Positions 1 through 10,761 of a DNA stretch of 64,000 bases are shown in pieces. The DNA comes from a bacterium (GTDB lineage: Bacteria; UBA8248), in assembly GCA_965261085.1 (NCBI GenBank), contig OZ253442.1:1824001-1888000 (forward strand), read 5' to 3'. The first letter of the stretch is position 1. Every line of letters starts with the position of its first letter. The notes under the pieces are model-generated. The model searched no databases and had not been told where the DNA came from. It saw only the letters and a program-made list of their open reading frames with translations. The position numbers and the translations under genes were made by a program.

Positions 1-1
1 G

Positions 2-1855
2 CTCAAGGCCGTGTTGAAAGAAGTGAGCGAATCCGCCGGCGAAATCGTCCTGTTTATCGACGAGCTTCACACCGTCGTGGGCGCGGGTGCTGCGGAGGGG
101 GCGGTGGACGCCTCCAATCTCTTGAAGCCGGCGCTCGCCCGTGGGGAACTCCACTGCGTGGGCGCCACCACGCTCGATGAATACAGAAAACACATCGAGA
201 AGGACGCGGCGCTCGAGCGGCGTTTTCAGCCCGTTTTGGTCGATGAGCCGAATATAGAAGACGCCGTCTCCATCCTGCGCGGCTTGAAGGAGAGATACGA
301 GATTCACCACGGGGTCCGCATTCTGGACAACGCCCTGGTCGCCGCCGTCGCGCTCTCGCATCGCTACATCAGCGACCGCTACCTGCCGGATAAGGCCATC
401 GACTTGATCGATGAGGCCGCGAGCGGTCTGAGGCTTGAGTTGGACAGCCTGCCCAAGGACATCGATCGCCAGGAGCGCGAGCTTCTCAGGCTCCGCATTG
501 AAGAGCGCGCCCTGGAAGGGGAAGAAGACGAGGACGGCCGGGAGCGTTTGTTGCAGATACGCGAGCGAATCTCCGTTCTCGATGAACAGAGCCAGGCGCA
601 GCGAAACCAGTGGGCGGATGAGAAAAAGGCCATCTCCCGGGTGCGGGAGCTTAAGGAACGCATCGAGGAATTGAAGGCCGAGGCCCAGCGCGCCGAGCGC
701 GAGGGAGATCTGGGCCGGGCGGCGGAGCTTCGCTACGGCGAGATTATCGCGGTGGAAAAACAGATGGCCGAAGCGGAGGCGCACCTCGAAGAAGGCGCCA
801 GTGGCCGCATGCTGAAAGAGGAGATCACCGAGGACGACGTGGCCTCCATCGTGAGCCGCTGGACGGGTATCAACGTGAGCAGGCTGCTCGAGACGGAGAG
901 GGAGAAGCTCCTGCAGATGGAGGCGAACATCCATAAGCGCGTCGTGGGTCAGGACAGGGCGGTGGAGGCCCTGGCCGAAGCCGTGCGCCGCGCCCGCGCG
1001 GGCATCATGGACGAGAACCGCCCCGTCGGCTCGTTCATCTTCTTAGGACCCACCGGCGTCGGCAAGACGGAACTCGCCCGCGCGCTCGCGGAATTCTTGT
1101 TCGACGACGAGGCGGCGTTGATTCGCGTGGACATGAGCGAATACATGGAAAAACACGCCGTCGCCCGGCTCATCGGCGCTCCGCCCGGCTATGTCGGCTA
1201 CGAGGAGGGGGGACAGCTCACCGAGGCCGTGCGCAGAAAACCCTATTCCGTGCTTTTACTCGATGAGATCGAAAAGGCGCACCCCGAGACCTTCAACCTG
1301 CTCCTGCAACTGCTCGATGAAGGACGCCTCACGGATGGGCACGGCCGCACGATCGATTTCCGCAACACCGTCATCATCATGACGAGCAACGTGGGAACTG
1401 CCGAGCTTGCGCGAACCGAAATCGGTTTCAACGGAGGCGGCGTACAGCAGACCGATCAGTCCGAACAATTGCTCGGGGAGCTTCGCAGGTCGTTCCGGCC
1501 CGAATTCCTGAACCGCGTCGATGAGATCATCGTCTTCCGCGCGCTCACGAAAGAACAGATTGGCGAAATCGTGGAGATTCAGTTGCGGGAGTTGGAAAAG
1601 CGCCTCGTAGCGCAAAAAATCAGGTTGCGCTTGACTGACGCCGCCAAGAACTTCCTGGCCGAACGCGGCTACGACTCCGTCTATGGGGCGCGACCCCTCA
1701 AGCGAGCGATTCAGACGCACATCATGAATCCGCTCAGCAAGAAGCTGCTCGCCGGGGAATACGAGGCGGGAGAAACCGTGGAGGCGGACCATGCGGAGGG
1801 GGCGGATGCGCTTTCTTTCGCCGTACTCATGGAGGCCGAAGTGGTGAAAACTTGA
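2..1855 (+). CDS. clpB: ATP-dependent chaperone ClpB (5' end outside window)
   Basis: NBD1 Walker B (LFIDELH), DAALERRFQ, coiled-coil M domain, NBD2 GPTGVGKT / [16 protein letters not shown]; frame open from window start. Confidence 0.95.
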   Translation, partial: LKAVLKEVSESAGEIVLFIDELHTVVGAGAAEGAVDASNLLKPALARGELHCVGATTLDEYRKHIEKDAALERRFQPVLVDEPNIEDAVSILRGLKERYEIHHGVRILDNALVAAVALSHRYISDRYLPDKAIDLIDEAASGLRLELDSLPKDIDRQERELLRLRIEERALEGEEDEDGRERLLQIRERISVLDEQSQAQRNQWADEKKAISRVRELKERIEELKAEAQRAEREGDLGRAAELRYGEIIAVEKQMAEAEAHLEEGASGRMLKEEITEDDVASIVSRWTGINVSRLLETEREKLLQMEANIHKRVVGQDRAVEALAEAVRRARAGIMDENRPVGSFIFLGPTGVGKTELARALAEFLFDDEAALIRVDMSEYMEKHAVARLIGAPPGYVGYEEGGQLTEAVRRKPYSVLLLDEIEKAHPETFNLLLQLLDEGRLTDGHGRTIDFRNTVIIMTSNVGTAELARTEIGFNGGGVQQTDQSEQLLGELRRSFRPEFLNRVDEIIVFRALTKEQIGEIVEIQLRELEKRLVAQKIRLRLTDAAKNFLAERGYDSVYGARPLKRAIQTHIMNPLSKKLLAGEYEAGETVEADHAEGADALSFAVLMEAEVVKT

Positions 1856-1963
1856 ATGCTAGCGGATGCGGATGCACCTTTCCATTCCGCGTCCATGAGA
1901 GCGAACAGACTTGGAACTTGGTTGAAAAATTTTGATTGTTATTCCCGATAAGGAGAAAGGTTG

Positions 1964-3877
1964 ATGTCGAAAGTAATCGGAATCGATTTGGGTACCACCA
2001 ACTCGGTCGTCTCGGTCATGGAGGGTGGGCAGCCTACGGTCATTTCCAACCAGGAGGGGAACCGCACGACGCCCAGCGTCGTCGCGTTCACCGACGATGG
2101 AGAGAAACTCGTCGGTCTCGTGGCCAAGCGCCAGGCGGTGACGAACCCGACCAGGACCATCTATTCCGTCAAGCGCTTCATGGGCAGGCGTTTCGCCGAG
2201 GTGCCCGAAGAAGTCACCATCGTTCCCTACGAGGTCGTGAAATCGGACAACGGCGCCGCGCGCATCAAAATCGACGGCAAGGAACACGCCCCTCCCGAGA
2301 TATCTGCGAGCGTGCTGCAAAAGCTCAAGCAGGCCGCGGAGGATTATCTGGGCGAGAAGGTGAACGAGGCGGTCGTCACGGTGCCCGCGTATTTCAACGA
2401 CAGCCAGCGCCAGGCGACGAAGGACGCCGGGAAAATCGCCGGCCTCGACGTGAAGCGCATCATCAACGAGCCGACGGCCGCCGCTCTCGCCTACGGACTC
2501 GACAAGAAGACGGATCAGACCATCGCGGTATATGACTTCGGCGGCGGCACGTTCGACATCTCCATCCTCGAGGTGGGAGACAACGTGGTCGAGGTGAAGG
2601 CCACGAACGGCGATACGCATCTGGGCGGCGACAACATCGACCACCGGATCATCGAGTGGATGGCGGAGGAGTTCAAAAAAGATCAGGGAATCGACATCTC
2701 GGGCGACCCGATGGCGCTTCAGCGCCTGCGCGAGGAATCCGAAAAGGCGAAGATCGAACTGTCGAGCTCGATGGAGACGTCCATCAACCTGCCGTTCATC
2801 ACGGCGGACGCCTCGGGTCCCAAGCACCTGAACTTGAAGCTCACGCGCGCGAAACTCGATCAGTTGATCGGCGATCTGGTCGAGAAGACGCTGGCTCCCT
2901 GCCGCCGCGCGCTCGATGACGCGAAGCTCCAGCCCGGAGACATCGACGAGGTGGTGCTGGTGGGCGGTTCGACGCGGATGCCGCTGGTGCAGCAGACGGT
3001 GGAGAAATTTTTCGGGAAAGAGCCCCACAAGGGCGTGAATCCCGACGAGGTGGTGGCGGTAGGCGCGGGTGTTCAGGGCGGCGTGCTCGCCGGAGACGTC
3101 AAGGACGTTTTGCTGCTGGACGTAACACCGCTCTCTCTGGGCATCGAGACCCTAGGCGGCGTGTTCACCAAGCTGATCGAGCGCAACACGACCATACCGG
3201 TCAAGAAGAGCGAAACCTTCTCCACGGCGGCGGACAACCAGCCCTCCGTCGAGGTGCACGTCCTCCAGGGCGAGCGCGAAATGGCCGGGGGCAACCGCTC
3301 GCTGGGCAAGTTCCACCTGGTCGGCATTCCCCCCGCTCCCCGGGGCGTTCCCCAGGTGGAGGTGACGTTCGACATCGACGCCAACGGCATCGTGAACGTC
3401 TCCGCCAAGGACCTGGGCACCAGCAAGGAGCAGGCGATCACCATCACGAGTTCGAGCGGCCTCTCCGAGGATGAGATCAACAACATGGTGTCCGAGGCGG
3501 ATGAGCACGCCGAGGAGGACAAGAAGCGGCGCGAGGCCGTCGAGGCGAGGAACCTGGCCGACAGCATGGCGTACAACACGGAGAAGATGCTCAAGGAGAA
3601 CGAGGACAAGGTGTCGGCCGAGGACAAGAAAGAGATAGAAGACGCCATCGCCGCGCTCCGGGCGGTTCTGGAGAAAGAGGACGCGACGGCGGATGAAATC
3701 AAAGAAGCGCAAGAAAAACTCGAGGCGGCCTCGCACAAGCTCGCGAAGGCGATGTACGAACAGGCGAGTCAGGCCGGCGCCGCCGGCGCCCCGGAGTCCG
3801 GCGGTGGGGAGAACGGCGCGCCCGCGGACGACGTCGTGGATGCGGAGTTCGAGGAAGTGGATAAGGACAAGCCCTAA
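1964..3877 (+). CDS. dnaK: Hsp70 chaperone DnaK
   Basis: [41 protein letters not shown]-terminal DAEFEEV; RBS AAGGAG upstream. Confidence 0.98.
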   Translation: MSKVIGIDLGTTNSVVSVMEGGQPTVISNQEGNRTTPSVVAFTDDGEKLVGLVAKRQAVTNPTRTIYSVKRFMGRRFAEVPEEVTIVPYEVVKSDNGAARIKIDGKEHAPPEISASVLQKLKQAAEDYLGEKVNEAVVTVPAYFNDSQRQATKDAGKIAGLDVKRIINEPTAAALAYGLDKKTDQTIAVYDFGGGTFDISILEVGDNVVEVKATNGDTHLGGDNIDHRIIEWMAEEFKKDQGIDISGDPMALQRLREESEKAKIELSSSMETSINLPFITADASGPKHLNLKLTRAKLDQLIGDLVEKTLAPCRRALDDAKLQPGDIDEVVLVGGSTRMPLVQQTVEKFFGKEPHKGVNPDEVVAVGAGVQGGVLAGDVKDVLLLDVTPLSLGIETLGGVFTKLIERNTTIPVKKSETFSTAADNQPSVEVHVLQGEREMAGGNRSLGKFHLVGIPPAPRGVPQVEVTFDIDANGIVNVSAKDLGTSKEQAITITSSSGLSEDEINNMVSEADEHAEEDKKRREAVEARNLADSMAYNTEKMLKENEDKVSAEDKKEIEDAIAALRAVLEKEDATADEIKEAQEKLEAASHKLAKAMYEQASQAGAAGAPESGGGENGAPADDVVDAEFEEVDKDKP

Positions 3878-3901
3878 AAGTCTTGCCCGCATGAGGATGG
3901 T

Positions 3902-4840
3902 ATGCCCAAGCGTGATTATTACGAGGTGATGGGAATCGACCGGAGCGCTTCGGAAACGGAACTGAAACGTGTCTTCAAGAAGCTGGCGCGCAAGTATCAC
4001 CCCGACGTCAACCCGGGGGATGCCAAGGCGGAGGAGCGCTTCAAGGAAATCAGCGAGGCGTACGCCGTCCTCTCAGACTCGGATAAGCGCAGGAAATATG
4101 ACGCCATGGGACATGCCGCCTTCGGCGGGGGCAGCCCCTGGGGCGAGGGCGCGCCCCCCGGAATGGAAGACATCCTGCGCGATATTTTCGGCGGAGTTTT
4201 CGGCGGCGCGCGCGGCGGGGCGGGGCGCGGCGGCTTCCACGCGCAGCCCCAGGCCCCCCGGCGGGGTCAGGACGTGAATTACTCGATGGAGATTGGTTTC
4301 GACGATTCCCTGAAGGGGCTCAACACCACCATCACCGTGCCCAAGACCATGCACGAGAATGGGAAAATCCGGCACACCACGGAGCGCATTCAGGTGAAGA
4401 TACCGCCCGGCGTCTCGAACGGCTCGCGCATCCGTCTGGCGGGCAAGGGAGAAGCCTCCCTGAACGGGGGGCCGCAGGGGGACCTCTTCATCGTCACGAA
4501 GGTGCGGGAGCATCCTTTCTTCGAGCGAAAAGGGAATAATCTGTATCTCGATCTTCCCGTCAGCCTCGGCGAGGCGCTGCTGGGCGCGCGCGTGGAGATC
4601 AACACCTTCGAGGGGGTGACGAAGATGACGATTCCCCCCTCGACCCAGAACGCCCAGGTTTTCAGGCTTTCGGGAAAGGGCGCTCCGAAGCTCAAGGGCT
4701 CGGGCAAGGGCGATTTGTTCGTCAGGGTCCAGGTCTTGCTGCCGGAGAAGATGGATGAGGAAAGCAAGGAAATGGTCCGCGAACTCGAACGGCGCAACCC
4801 CACGTCGCCGCGGGCGAAAATGACCGGCGTGAGTCTATAG
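3902..4840 (+). CDS. class II J-domain protein (CbpA-like DnaJ without zinc finger)
   Basis: J domain with HPD, G/F linker, DnaJ C-terminal domains, no CxxCxGxG motifs. Confidence 0.9.
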   Translation: MPKRDYYEVMGIDRSASETELKRVFKKLARKYHPDVNPGDAKAEERFKEISEAYAVLSDSDKRRKYDAMGHAAFGGGSPWGEGAPPGMEDILRDIFGGVFGGARGGAGRGGFHAQPQAPRRGQDVNYSMEIGFDDSLKGLNTTITVPKTMHENGKIRHTTERIQVKIPPGVSNGSRIRLAGKGEASLNGGPQGDLFIVTKVREHPFFERKGNNLYLDLPVSLGEALLGARVEINTFEGVTKMTIPPSTQNAQVFRLSGKGAPKLKGSGKGDLFVRVQVLLPEKMDEESKEMVRELERRNPTSPRAKMTGVSL

Positions 4841-4905
4841 GTATGTACGGATGCAGGTACGGGCGGGAGTGGACGATATGATGATGGTGGGATCCGGAGA
4901 AGGCA

Positions 4906-5313
4906 ATGGCGCGTAGAAGCGTGAGAAACGGGCGCTACACCATCAGCGCGGTGGCCGAGATGTTCGGGGTTCATCAGCAGACGCTCAGGATGTACGAGCG
5001 CGAGGGCCTCATCGAGCCGGACCGCAGCGAGGGCAGGACGCGCTATTACTCCGAAGATGACCTGGAGCGGCTCGAAATTATCATGGCGCTTACGAGGGAC
5101 ATGGGCGTGAATCTGGCGGGCGTGCAGGTCATCATCGAGCTTCGCGAGAAGCTCATGCGCGCGCTCGATCGCCTGGGTGAATTCGAGGAATTACTCGAGA
5201 GTCAGGCGTTCGAGGATTTACGCGAGCGGATGAACAACGCGACGCCGGATATGCAGGCCATGATCCCTGCGTTCTCCGCCAAACTCGTGCGTGTCAGGAG
5301 GAGACGGGCATGA
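4906..5313 (+). CDS. hspR: MerR-family heat-shock repressor HspR
   Basis: [43 protein letters not shown] motif typical of HspR; lies inside dnaK operon. Confidence 0.85.
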   Translation: MARRSVRNGRYTISAVAEMFGVHQQTLRMYEREGLIEPDRSEGRTRYYSEDDLERLEIIMALTRDMGVNLAGVQVIIELREKLMRALDRLGEFEELLESQAFEDLRERMNNATPDMQAMIPAFSAKLVRVRRRRA

Positions 5314-6170
5314 GCACGAATTCCATCAAATCCTTTTTACTGCTCGGTTTGTTGACGGGGCTGATTCTGCTCATCGGGAATCTGGTCGGCGGCACGACCG
5401 GGTTGGTCATCGCCCTGGTGCTGGCCGTGGGGATCAATGGATACAGCTATTGGTATTCGGACAAAATGGTTCTCGCCAGCACGGGCGCGAGCGAGGTGCT
5501 TCCCGAACACGCGCCGGAACTCTACGGCATGGTGGCGGACCTGGCGCGGCGCGCGAACCTGCCCATGCCGCGCGTATACGTCATTCCCGAGAGTGCGCCG
5601 AACGCCTTCGCCACGGGCAGAAACCCCGAGAACGCCGCCGTCGCCTTCACCGAGGGGCTTTTGCGGGACCTGAACCGCGAGGAACTCGAAGGCGTGGCCG
5701 CGCACGAACTCGCCCACATCAAAAATCGGGACATTCTTCTGAGCACCATCGCCGCCTCCCTGGCGGGCGCCATCATGTATCTCGCGCATATGGCGCAGTT
5801 CGCCGCGTTTTTCGGCGCCTACGGCAGGGGCGACGATGAGGAGGGCGGTGGCGGAGGCTTGCTGGGAATCATCGTCGCCGCGATAGTGGCTCCCATTGCG
5901 GCGACGCTCCTTCAGATGGCGGTGAGCCGCTCGCGCGAGTATCTTGCCGACGCCACGGGCGCGCAAATCGTGGGCACGCCGGTCGGGCTGGCGAACGCCC
6001 TGCATCGCCTGGATGAGGCCTCACGTCGTGAGGAACTCCACTGCGCGAGCGAGGCGACGGCCCATATGTATATCGTCAACCCGCTATCGGGCGGGGGTAT
6101 GGCGAGTCTTTTCAGCACGCACCCGCCGATGGAGGAGAGGATTCGGCGGTTGATGGAAATGAGATACTAG
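5310..6170 (+). CDS. htpX: zinc metalloprotease HtpX (M48)
   Basis: [15 protein letters not shown] (HExxH), [15 protein letters not shown]; N-terminal TM helices; ATGA overlap with hspR. Confidence 0.93.
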   Translation: MSTNSIKSFLLLGLLTGLILLIGNLVGGTTGLVIALVLAVGINGYSYWYSDKMVLASTGASEVLPEHAPELYGMVADLARRANLPMPRVYVIPESAPNAFATGRNPENAAVAFTEGLLRDLNREELEGVAAHELAHIKNRDILLSTIAASLAGAIMYLAHMAQFAAFFGAYGRGDDEEGGGGGLLGIIVAAIVAPIAATLLQMAVSRSREYLADATGAQIVGTPVGLANALHRLDEASRREELHCASEATAHMYIVNPLSGGGMASLFSTHPPMEERIRRLMEMRY

Positions 6171-6192
6171 GTATTTGGGAGGAAGTCGTTTC

Positions 6193-6885
6193 ATGAAAGC
6201 GAAGGATGTGAAAGTCGAGACGGGCAAGGGGGAAGGGGTGAAGGCCGAAGCCGCAGAGCCGGTGGATGAAGGCCGCGCGGAAGAGGAAGCCAAGGAGAAG
6301 CCGCGCGTCGTGGACAGGCGGCGCGTCCGCGAAGACGGCGAGGTGAGCGAGGAGGGGGCCGGGGAGACCGAAGAGACCCCGCGCGTGCCCGCCTACGTGG
6401 AGCAGCTCCAGGCGAAGGTCGCCGCCGCCGAGGAGAAGCTCAGAGAGCACATCGATAAAATCGACAAGGAGACGGCCGATTTCAGGGCCCGGCAGGAGCG
6501 CGAGATGGAGCGCAGGACCCGGGAGGTGAAAAAACAGGCCGTATCGGGCTTTTTGAGCATCGCCGATGATCTGGCGCGCGCCACGGCGGCCGTGGACGGC
6601 GGCGCTTCCAAGGGGGAGGAGGGCGGAGTTCTCGAAACCCTGGTGCAGGGGGTGCGGATGATTCAGGGCCGGTTCTTTCAGGAACTCTCGAACCTGGGGG
6701 TGGAGCCTCTCTCTGCGATGGGCGTCGCCTTCAACCCCGAAGAGCACGAGGCGGTGCGCATGGTCGAGGTGAGCGAAGAGGCGCTAGACGGCATGGTGGT
6801 GGAGGAACTGGCTTGCGGCTATAGGCTGGGCGACGCGGTTCTAAGACCCGCGCGCGTCTCGGTGGGCAAGTATGCGGGCGAATAG
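6193..6885 (+). CDS. grpE: nucleotide exchange factor GrpE
   Basis: acidic N-tail, coiled coil, FNPEEHEAV, GYRLGDAVLRPARVSV. Confidence 0.9.
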   Translation: MKAKDVKVETGKGEGVKAEAAEPVDEGRAEEEAKEKPRVVDRRRVREDGEVSEEGAGETEETPRVPAYVEQLQAKVAAAEEKLREHIDKIDKETADFRARQEREMERRTREVKKQAVSGFLSIADDLARATAAVDGGASKGEEGGVLETLVQGVRMIQGRFFQELSNLGVEPLSAMGVAFNPEEHEAVRMVEVSEEALDGMVVEELACGYRLGDAVLRPARVSVGKYAGE

Positions 6886-6962
6886 TCGGTCTCGCGCCCT
6901 TGTACCAGATTCGTGCTCATAGTATCGTCGCGTGTTTTCGATTTTCGGGGTGAAGGGAAAGC

Positions 6963-8099
6963 ATGAGCAAGCGTGATTACTACGAAGTGCTGGGCGTAGG
7001 CCGCGATGCGGGCGACGCCGAGATCAAAAAGGCGTATCGCACGCTGGCGATGAAGCATCATCCGGATCGCAACCCGGGCGATGTGAAGGCCGAGGAGTTG
7101 TTCAAGGAAGCATCCGAGGCCTACCAGGTGTTGAGCGAGCCCGATAAGAGGAGCGCGTATGATCGCTTCGGCCACGAGGGGCTCCGGGGAATGGGGCATC
7201 AGGGGTTTTCGAGTTTCGACGATATCGTCTCCTCGTTCGGGGATTTGTTCGGCGGCGTTTTCTCCGGCGCGCGCACGCGCCGCGACGGTCCGCGCAAGGG
7301 CCGGGACCTTGCCTATCAACTGGAGATGACTTTCGAGGAAGCGGCGACGGGCATCGAGCGCGAGCTCGAGTTCGAGCGGCCTACGGAGTGTGTTTATTGC
7401 GGCGGCAGCGGGGCCAAGTCGCCCGATGCGGTTCGCAAATGCCCATCCTGCGGCGGCAGCGGCCAGAGGACCTATCGACAGGGGTTCATGACTTATTCCA
7501 CCACCTGCTCGGATTGTGGCGGCGCAGGCAGGCAAATCCTCGAGCACTGCGCGGAATGCGATGGGGCCGGACGCCGCCTGGAGCAGAGGAAGGTGAAGGT
7601 CAAGATTCCCCCCGGCGTGGACGAGGACGCCAGGCTGCGTCTACGCGAAGAGGGAGAAGGAGGCGCCAAAGGCGGGCCGGCGGGCGATTTGTTCGTCGTC
7701 GTCTCCTTGCTCGCGCATGAGGAATTCGAGCGCAACGGGGCGGACGTGGCGAGCCAGGTGTACGTCACCTTCTCGCAGGCGGCGCTGGGCGACACTGTGA
7801 GGGTGCGGACGCTCTATGGAGAATCCGAACTCGAGATTCCCAAGGGAGTGCAGTCCTCGGATGTTCTCAGGCTGAGGGGCGAGGGATTCCAGCGCCTCGG
7901 CAGGAAAGGGCGCGGCGCTCACATGTTCCTGCTTCACGTCCAGACGCCGACGAAATTGACGCCGGACGAGGAAAGAATCTTTGGCGAATTGTTGGAGATC
8001 GAACGTGAAAAGGCGGAAAAAAATGGGACTGGAAGAGTCGAGGAAAATGGCGCCGGGAAAAAGGGTATTCTCGGCAAGTTGAGTTCTCTTTGGGGATAG
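6963..8099 (+). CDS. dnaJ: chaperone DnaJ (class I)
   Basis: J domain HPD, four CxxCxGxG motifs (CVYCGGSG, CPSCGGSG, CSDCGGAG, CAECDGAG). Confidence 0.95.
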   Translation: MSKRDYYEVLGVGRDAGDAEIKKAYRTLAMKHHPDRNPGDVKAEELFKEASEAYQVLSEPDKRSAYDRFGHEGLRGMGHQGFSSFDDIVSSFGDLFGGVFSGARTRRDGPRKGRDLAYQLEMTFEEAATGIERELEFERPTECVYCGGSGAKSPDAVRKCPSCGGSGQRTYRQGFMTYSTTCSDCGGAGRQILEHCAECDGAGRRLEQRKVKVKIPPGVDEDARLRLREEGEGGAKGGPAGDLFVVVSLLAHEEFERNGADVASQVYVTFSQAALGDTVRVRTLYGESELEIPKGVQSSDVLRLRGEGFQRLGRKGRGAHMFLLHVQTPTKLTPDEERIFGELLEIEREKAEKNGTGRVEENGAGKKGILGKLSSLWG

Positions 8100-8169
8100 G
8101 CGCGCATTCAGGCGAAATGAAAAGAGGCGGGGTCCGATAGTCCCGGCATCCGGCGCGGGAGGGTAAGCG

Positions 8170-8694
8170 ATGGAAGAAGAAAACATAGAAAATAAGGGAT
8201 TCAAGGTTTCCGACCGAAGATTCTCCGTGAGGGGATATGAGGATGAAGAGCCGCCTGCTTCGGGTGGTGAGGGCCAGGCTCTTTCCCCGGATGCGGTTGA
8301 TGAAGAAATAGGTCCACAATCCGGCGCGTTTTCGTCCGGGCCGGAGGCGATGGAAACAGAGCCGGCTCCATCCCGGGAGGTTCCGCAACCACAGGCCGAG
8401 GAGCAAGCGCAGCCTCCGGGCGAGGAGGCGGACGATGACGAGGAGGAAGACAGGAGTTTCGAGATGCTCGTCGCTATCGTGCAGCAAAACGCTTTGGCGG
8501 CGATGGGCATTAATCCCCAGACGGGTGAGCGCATCGGGACGGCGGACCCGAGAAGTTCAAAAATTTTCGTCGATCTGTTCGCCGCCCTCAAGGAGAAGAC
8601 GAAAGGCAATCTTTCTCCGGAAGAGGAGCAACTCCTGAATCAGGTTCACTCCGATTTGCAAATGGTATATGTTCGGGAAGTAGGGTTCGGTTAG
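8170..8694 (+). CDS. DUF1844-like protein with acidic disordered N-terminus
   Basis: FKVSDRR N-motif; C-terminal ALAAMG..NP..G....D......VD....LKEKTKGNL..EE..LL......L...YV. Confidence 0.75.
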   Translation: MEEENIENKGFKVSDRRFSVRGYEDEEPPASGGEGQALSPDAVDEEIGPQSGAFSSGPEAMETEPAPSREVPQPQAEEQAQPPGEEADDDEEEDRSFEMLVAIVQQNALAAMGINPQTGERIGTADPRSSKIFVDLFAALKEKTKGNLSPEEEQLLNQVHSDLQMVYVREVGFG

Positions 8695-8774
8695 GTCCGA
8701 GTGATCGGCGAGGCGCGGGTTAGATGCGCGTCATCCCCGATCATCCTTTTTGTTCACCTCATGCGGGGGATTAT

Positions 8775-9050
8775 ATGGCCGTGCCAACGTCCTATGACGA
8801 GATGTTCGAAGAAGCGCTCGGTATCGTCAAGAATCGCTTTTTGCTTTCGGTGCTGCTCGCCAAGCGGGTGGCCCAACTCAGGCGGGGTGCGGAGCCTCTG
8901 GTAGCCTCACAGCCCAATGAGACGCCCGAGCAGATCGTGTTCCGCGAAATTATCGAAGAAAAACTGGAATGGAGAAAGACCGCGTCGGCGGTTGATTTGA
9001 CTGATATGGACCAGGGATTCATGGATGGCGGATTCGACGACGAAGAATAG
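8775..9050 (+). CDS. rpoZ: RNA polymerase omega subunit
   Basis: NRFLLSVLLAKRVAQLRRGAEPLV...FREI signature; ATG at 8775 after GGGGA. Confidence 0.8.
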   Translation: MAVPTSYDEMFEEALGIVKNRFLLSVLLAKRVAQLRRGAEPLVASQPNETPEQIVFREIIEEKLEWRKTASAVDLTDMDQGFMDGGFDDEE

Positions 9051-9073
9051 TTTCGCTTGAAATCGCACGCTGG

Positions 9074-9105
9074 CCGCTGCCCGATCCACCGGGCAGCGGT
9101 TTTTT
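9074..9105 (+). terminator. intrinsic terminator after rpoZ
   Basis: stem CCGCTGCCCG / CGGGCAGCGG, 6-nt loop, T6 run, between convergent genes. Confidence 0.8.
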
Positions 9106-10255
9106 ATCGCTCCCTCAAAAACGTCCCTACTTTTTCGAGGCCGGCTTCGATGTTTTCGACGGAGTTGCAGTAGGAGAACCGGAGGAATCCTTCTCCTCCG
9201 GGCCCGAAATCCGCTCCTGGTGCTACGGCCACGCCGGTGGCTTCCAGAATTTCCCTGGCCAGTTCCAGGCTGTCCGCGCCATAGGCGCGCGCATCGGCGA
9301 AGGCGTAGAATGCGCCCGTTGGCTCGTGGAGCATTTTGAGGCCGATATCCTCGAGGCGCGCGAGCATGATTTTGCGTCTTTCGTCATAAATGCCGCGCAT
9401 GCGCTCCGCTTCCGGCAGGCCTTCTTTCAGAGCGGCGATCGCCGCGTGCTGGACAAAAGAATTGGGCGAGACGAAATAGTTTTGCTGCAGTATCTCCAGC
9501 GGGCGGACATATTCGGGGGGCACGATGAGATAGCCGATGCGCCAGCCCGTCATCGCGAAATACTTGGAAAAACCGTTGATGACGAAACAATCCTCCGCAA
9601 AGTGAAGCGCCGTGTATTCGGCATCCACGTAGCTGAGTCCGTGGTATATCTCATCCGAGATAATGGGCTTACCCAGTTCGGCGAGCGCCGCCATATCCTG
9701 GCGCGAGAGCGATGCGCCCGTGGGGTTTGACGGCGAGTTGATGAGGATGGCTCTGGTTTTCGGGTTGAGGAAGTCGCGAACAGCCTCGGCTTTCAGTGCG
9801 AAGCCATGCTCCGCGCGGGTGGGCGCCCGTATGGGTATTCCGCAGGCGGACTGAATGAAAGCCGGGTAGCAGGCGTAGTGGGGGTCTGAAATGATGACTT
9901 CATCGCCCTCATTGACGAGGACGGAGAAGAGCATCAGCAGGCCCGGGCTCGTACCGTTCGTCACCACCACGCGCTCGGGCGATACGGATACTCCATATTT
10001 TTGGTTGTAAAAATCCGCTATCGCCTCGCGCAGTTCGGGAATCCCCAGTGCCGCCGTGTAGTGGGTGTGGCCGGCGCGAAGGGCATCCTCGGCGGCGCGG
10101 GTGATGACCTCGGGCGTGTCGAAATCTGGTTCCCCCACTTCCAAGTGGATCACCTCGCGGCCTTGCGCCTCCAGTTGATGGGCGCGCTCCATGATATCCA
10201 TCACCAAGAAGGGCTTTATGCCAGAGATTCGCGCCGGTACGGATAGTTCTTTCAT
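9104..10255 (-). CDS. class I/II PLP-dependent aminotransferase (AspC-like)
   Basis: GEPDF, NSPSNPTG, SDEIYH, GFSKYFAMTGWRIG (PLP lysine). Confidence 0.92.
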   Translation of the reverse strand: MKELSVPARISGIKPFLVMDIMERAHQLEAQGREVIHLEVGEPDFDTPEVITRAAEDALRAGHTHYTAALGIPELREAIADFYNQKYGVSVSPERVVVTNGTSPGLLMLFSVLVNEGDEVIISDPHYACYPAFIQSACGIPIRAPTRAEHGFALKAEAVRDFLNPKTRAILINSPSNPTGASLSRQDMAALAELGKPIISDEIYHGLSYVDAEYTALHFAEDCFVINGFSKYFAMTGWRIGYLIVPPEYVRPLEILQQNYFVSPNSFVQHAAIAALKEGLPEAERMRGIYDERRKIMLARLEDIGLKMLHEPTGAFYAFADARAYGADSLELAREILEATGVAVAPGADFGPGGEGFLRFSYCNSVENIEAGLEKVGTFLRER

Positions 10256-10443
10256 CTTGCTTGACCCTTCAATATTGATATTTTAAAATGGTTGCTCACC
10301 TGCAAGGCTAGTGGTAAACTTCATTGAACTCAAGGTGTTACCGATATCTTTGATAAGAAGGCAGCCAAAGAGTTGGAGAATTTTTTGCCCCGGATTGTTC
10401 ATCTTGAACGAGGTTCGAGGCTCCGAGGAAGGGGAGGAGTCCT

Positions 10444-10737
10444 TTGACTAAAATCGATATCATCAATCTCGTGTCGGACGATACGGGCCTCAGTAAAGTC
10501 AAGGCGGAAGAAGCAGTCGAGATGATTATCCAGACCATCAAGGAATCCCTCCAGAGCGGTGAGTCCGTCATTTTAAGGCGCTTCGGCTCCTTCCAGATGA
10601 GAGAGAAGAACGCTCGCGTGGGACGCAACCCGAAGACGGGTCAGGAAGCGCCCATCAGCGCGCGCCGGGTCGTGCGCTTCAAGGCGGGAAAACACTTCAA
10701 GGAAGCGGTGAACGGCGCCGAGGTGAAATTTCATTAA
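10444..10737 (+). CDS. integration host factor / HU family DNA-binding protein
   Basis: MTKIDI, FGSF, GRNPKTG, VRFKAGK; TTG start with GAGGAG RBS. Confidence 0.92.
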   Translation: MTKIDIINLVSDDTGLSKVKAEEAVEMIIQTIKESLQSGESVILRRFGSFQMREKNARVGRNPKTGQEAPISARRVVRFKAGKHFKEAVNGAEVKFH

Positions 10738-10761
10738 ACTTTTTTGTTCACCGCCTTTCAG

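Noticed and set aside
1856-1963. HAIR or CIRCE operator upstream of dnaK
   Set aside because: Neither CTTGAGT-N7-ACTCAAG nor TTAGCACTC-N9-GAGTGCTAA is present. The CTTGAGA in the PPC leaders and the ACTCAAG near 10328 lack a partner half-site.
1859-4000. Long antisense ORFs over dnaK (also over korA, the Mo-enzyme genes, the PPC genes and sdhA)
   Set aside because: Typical shadow ORFs of GC-rich coding strands; the opposite strand carries clearly recognisable proteins.
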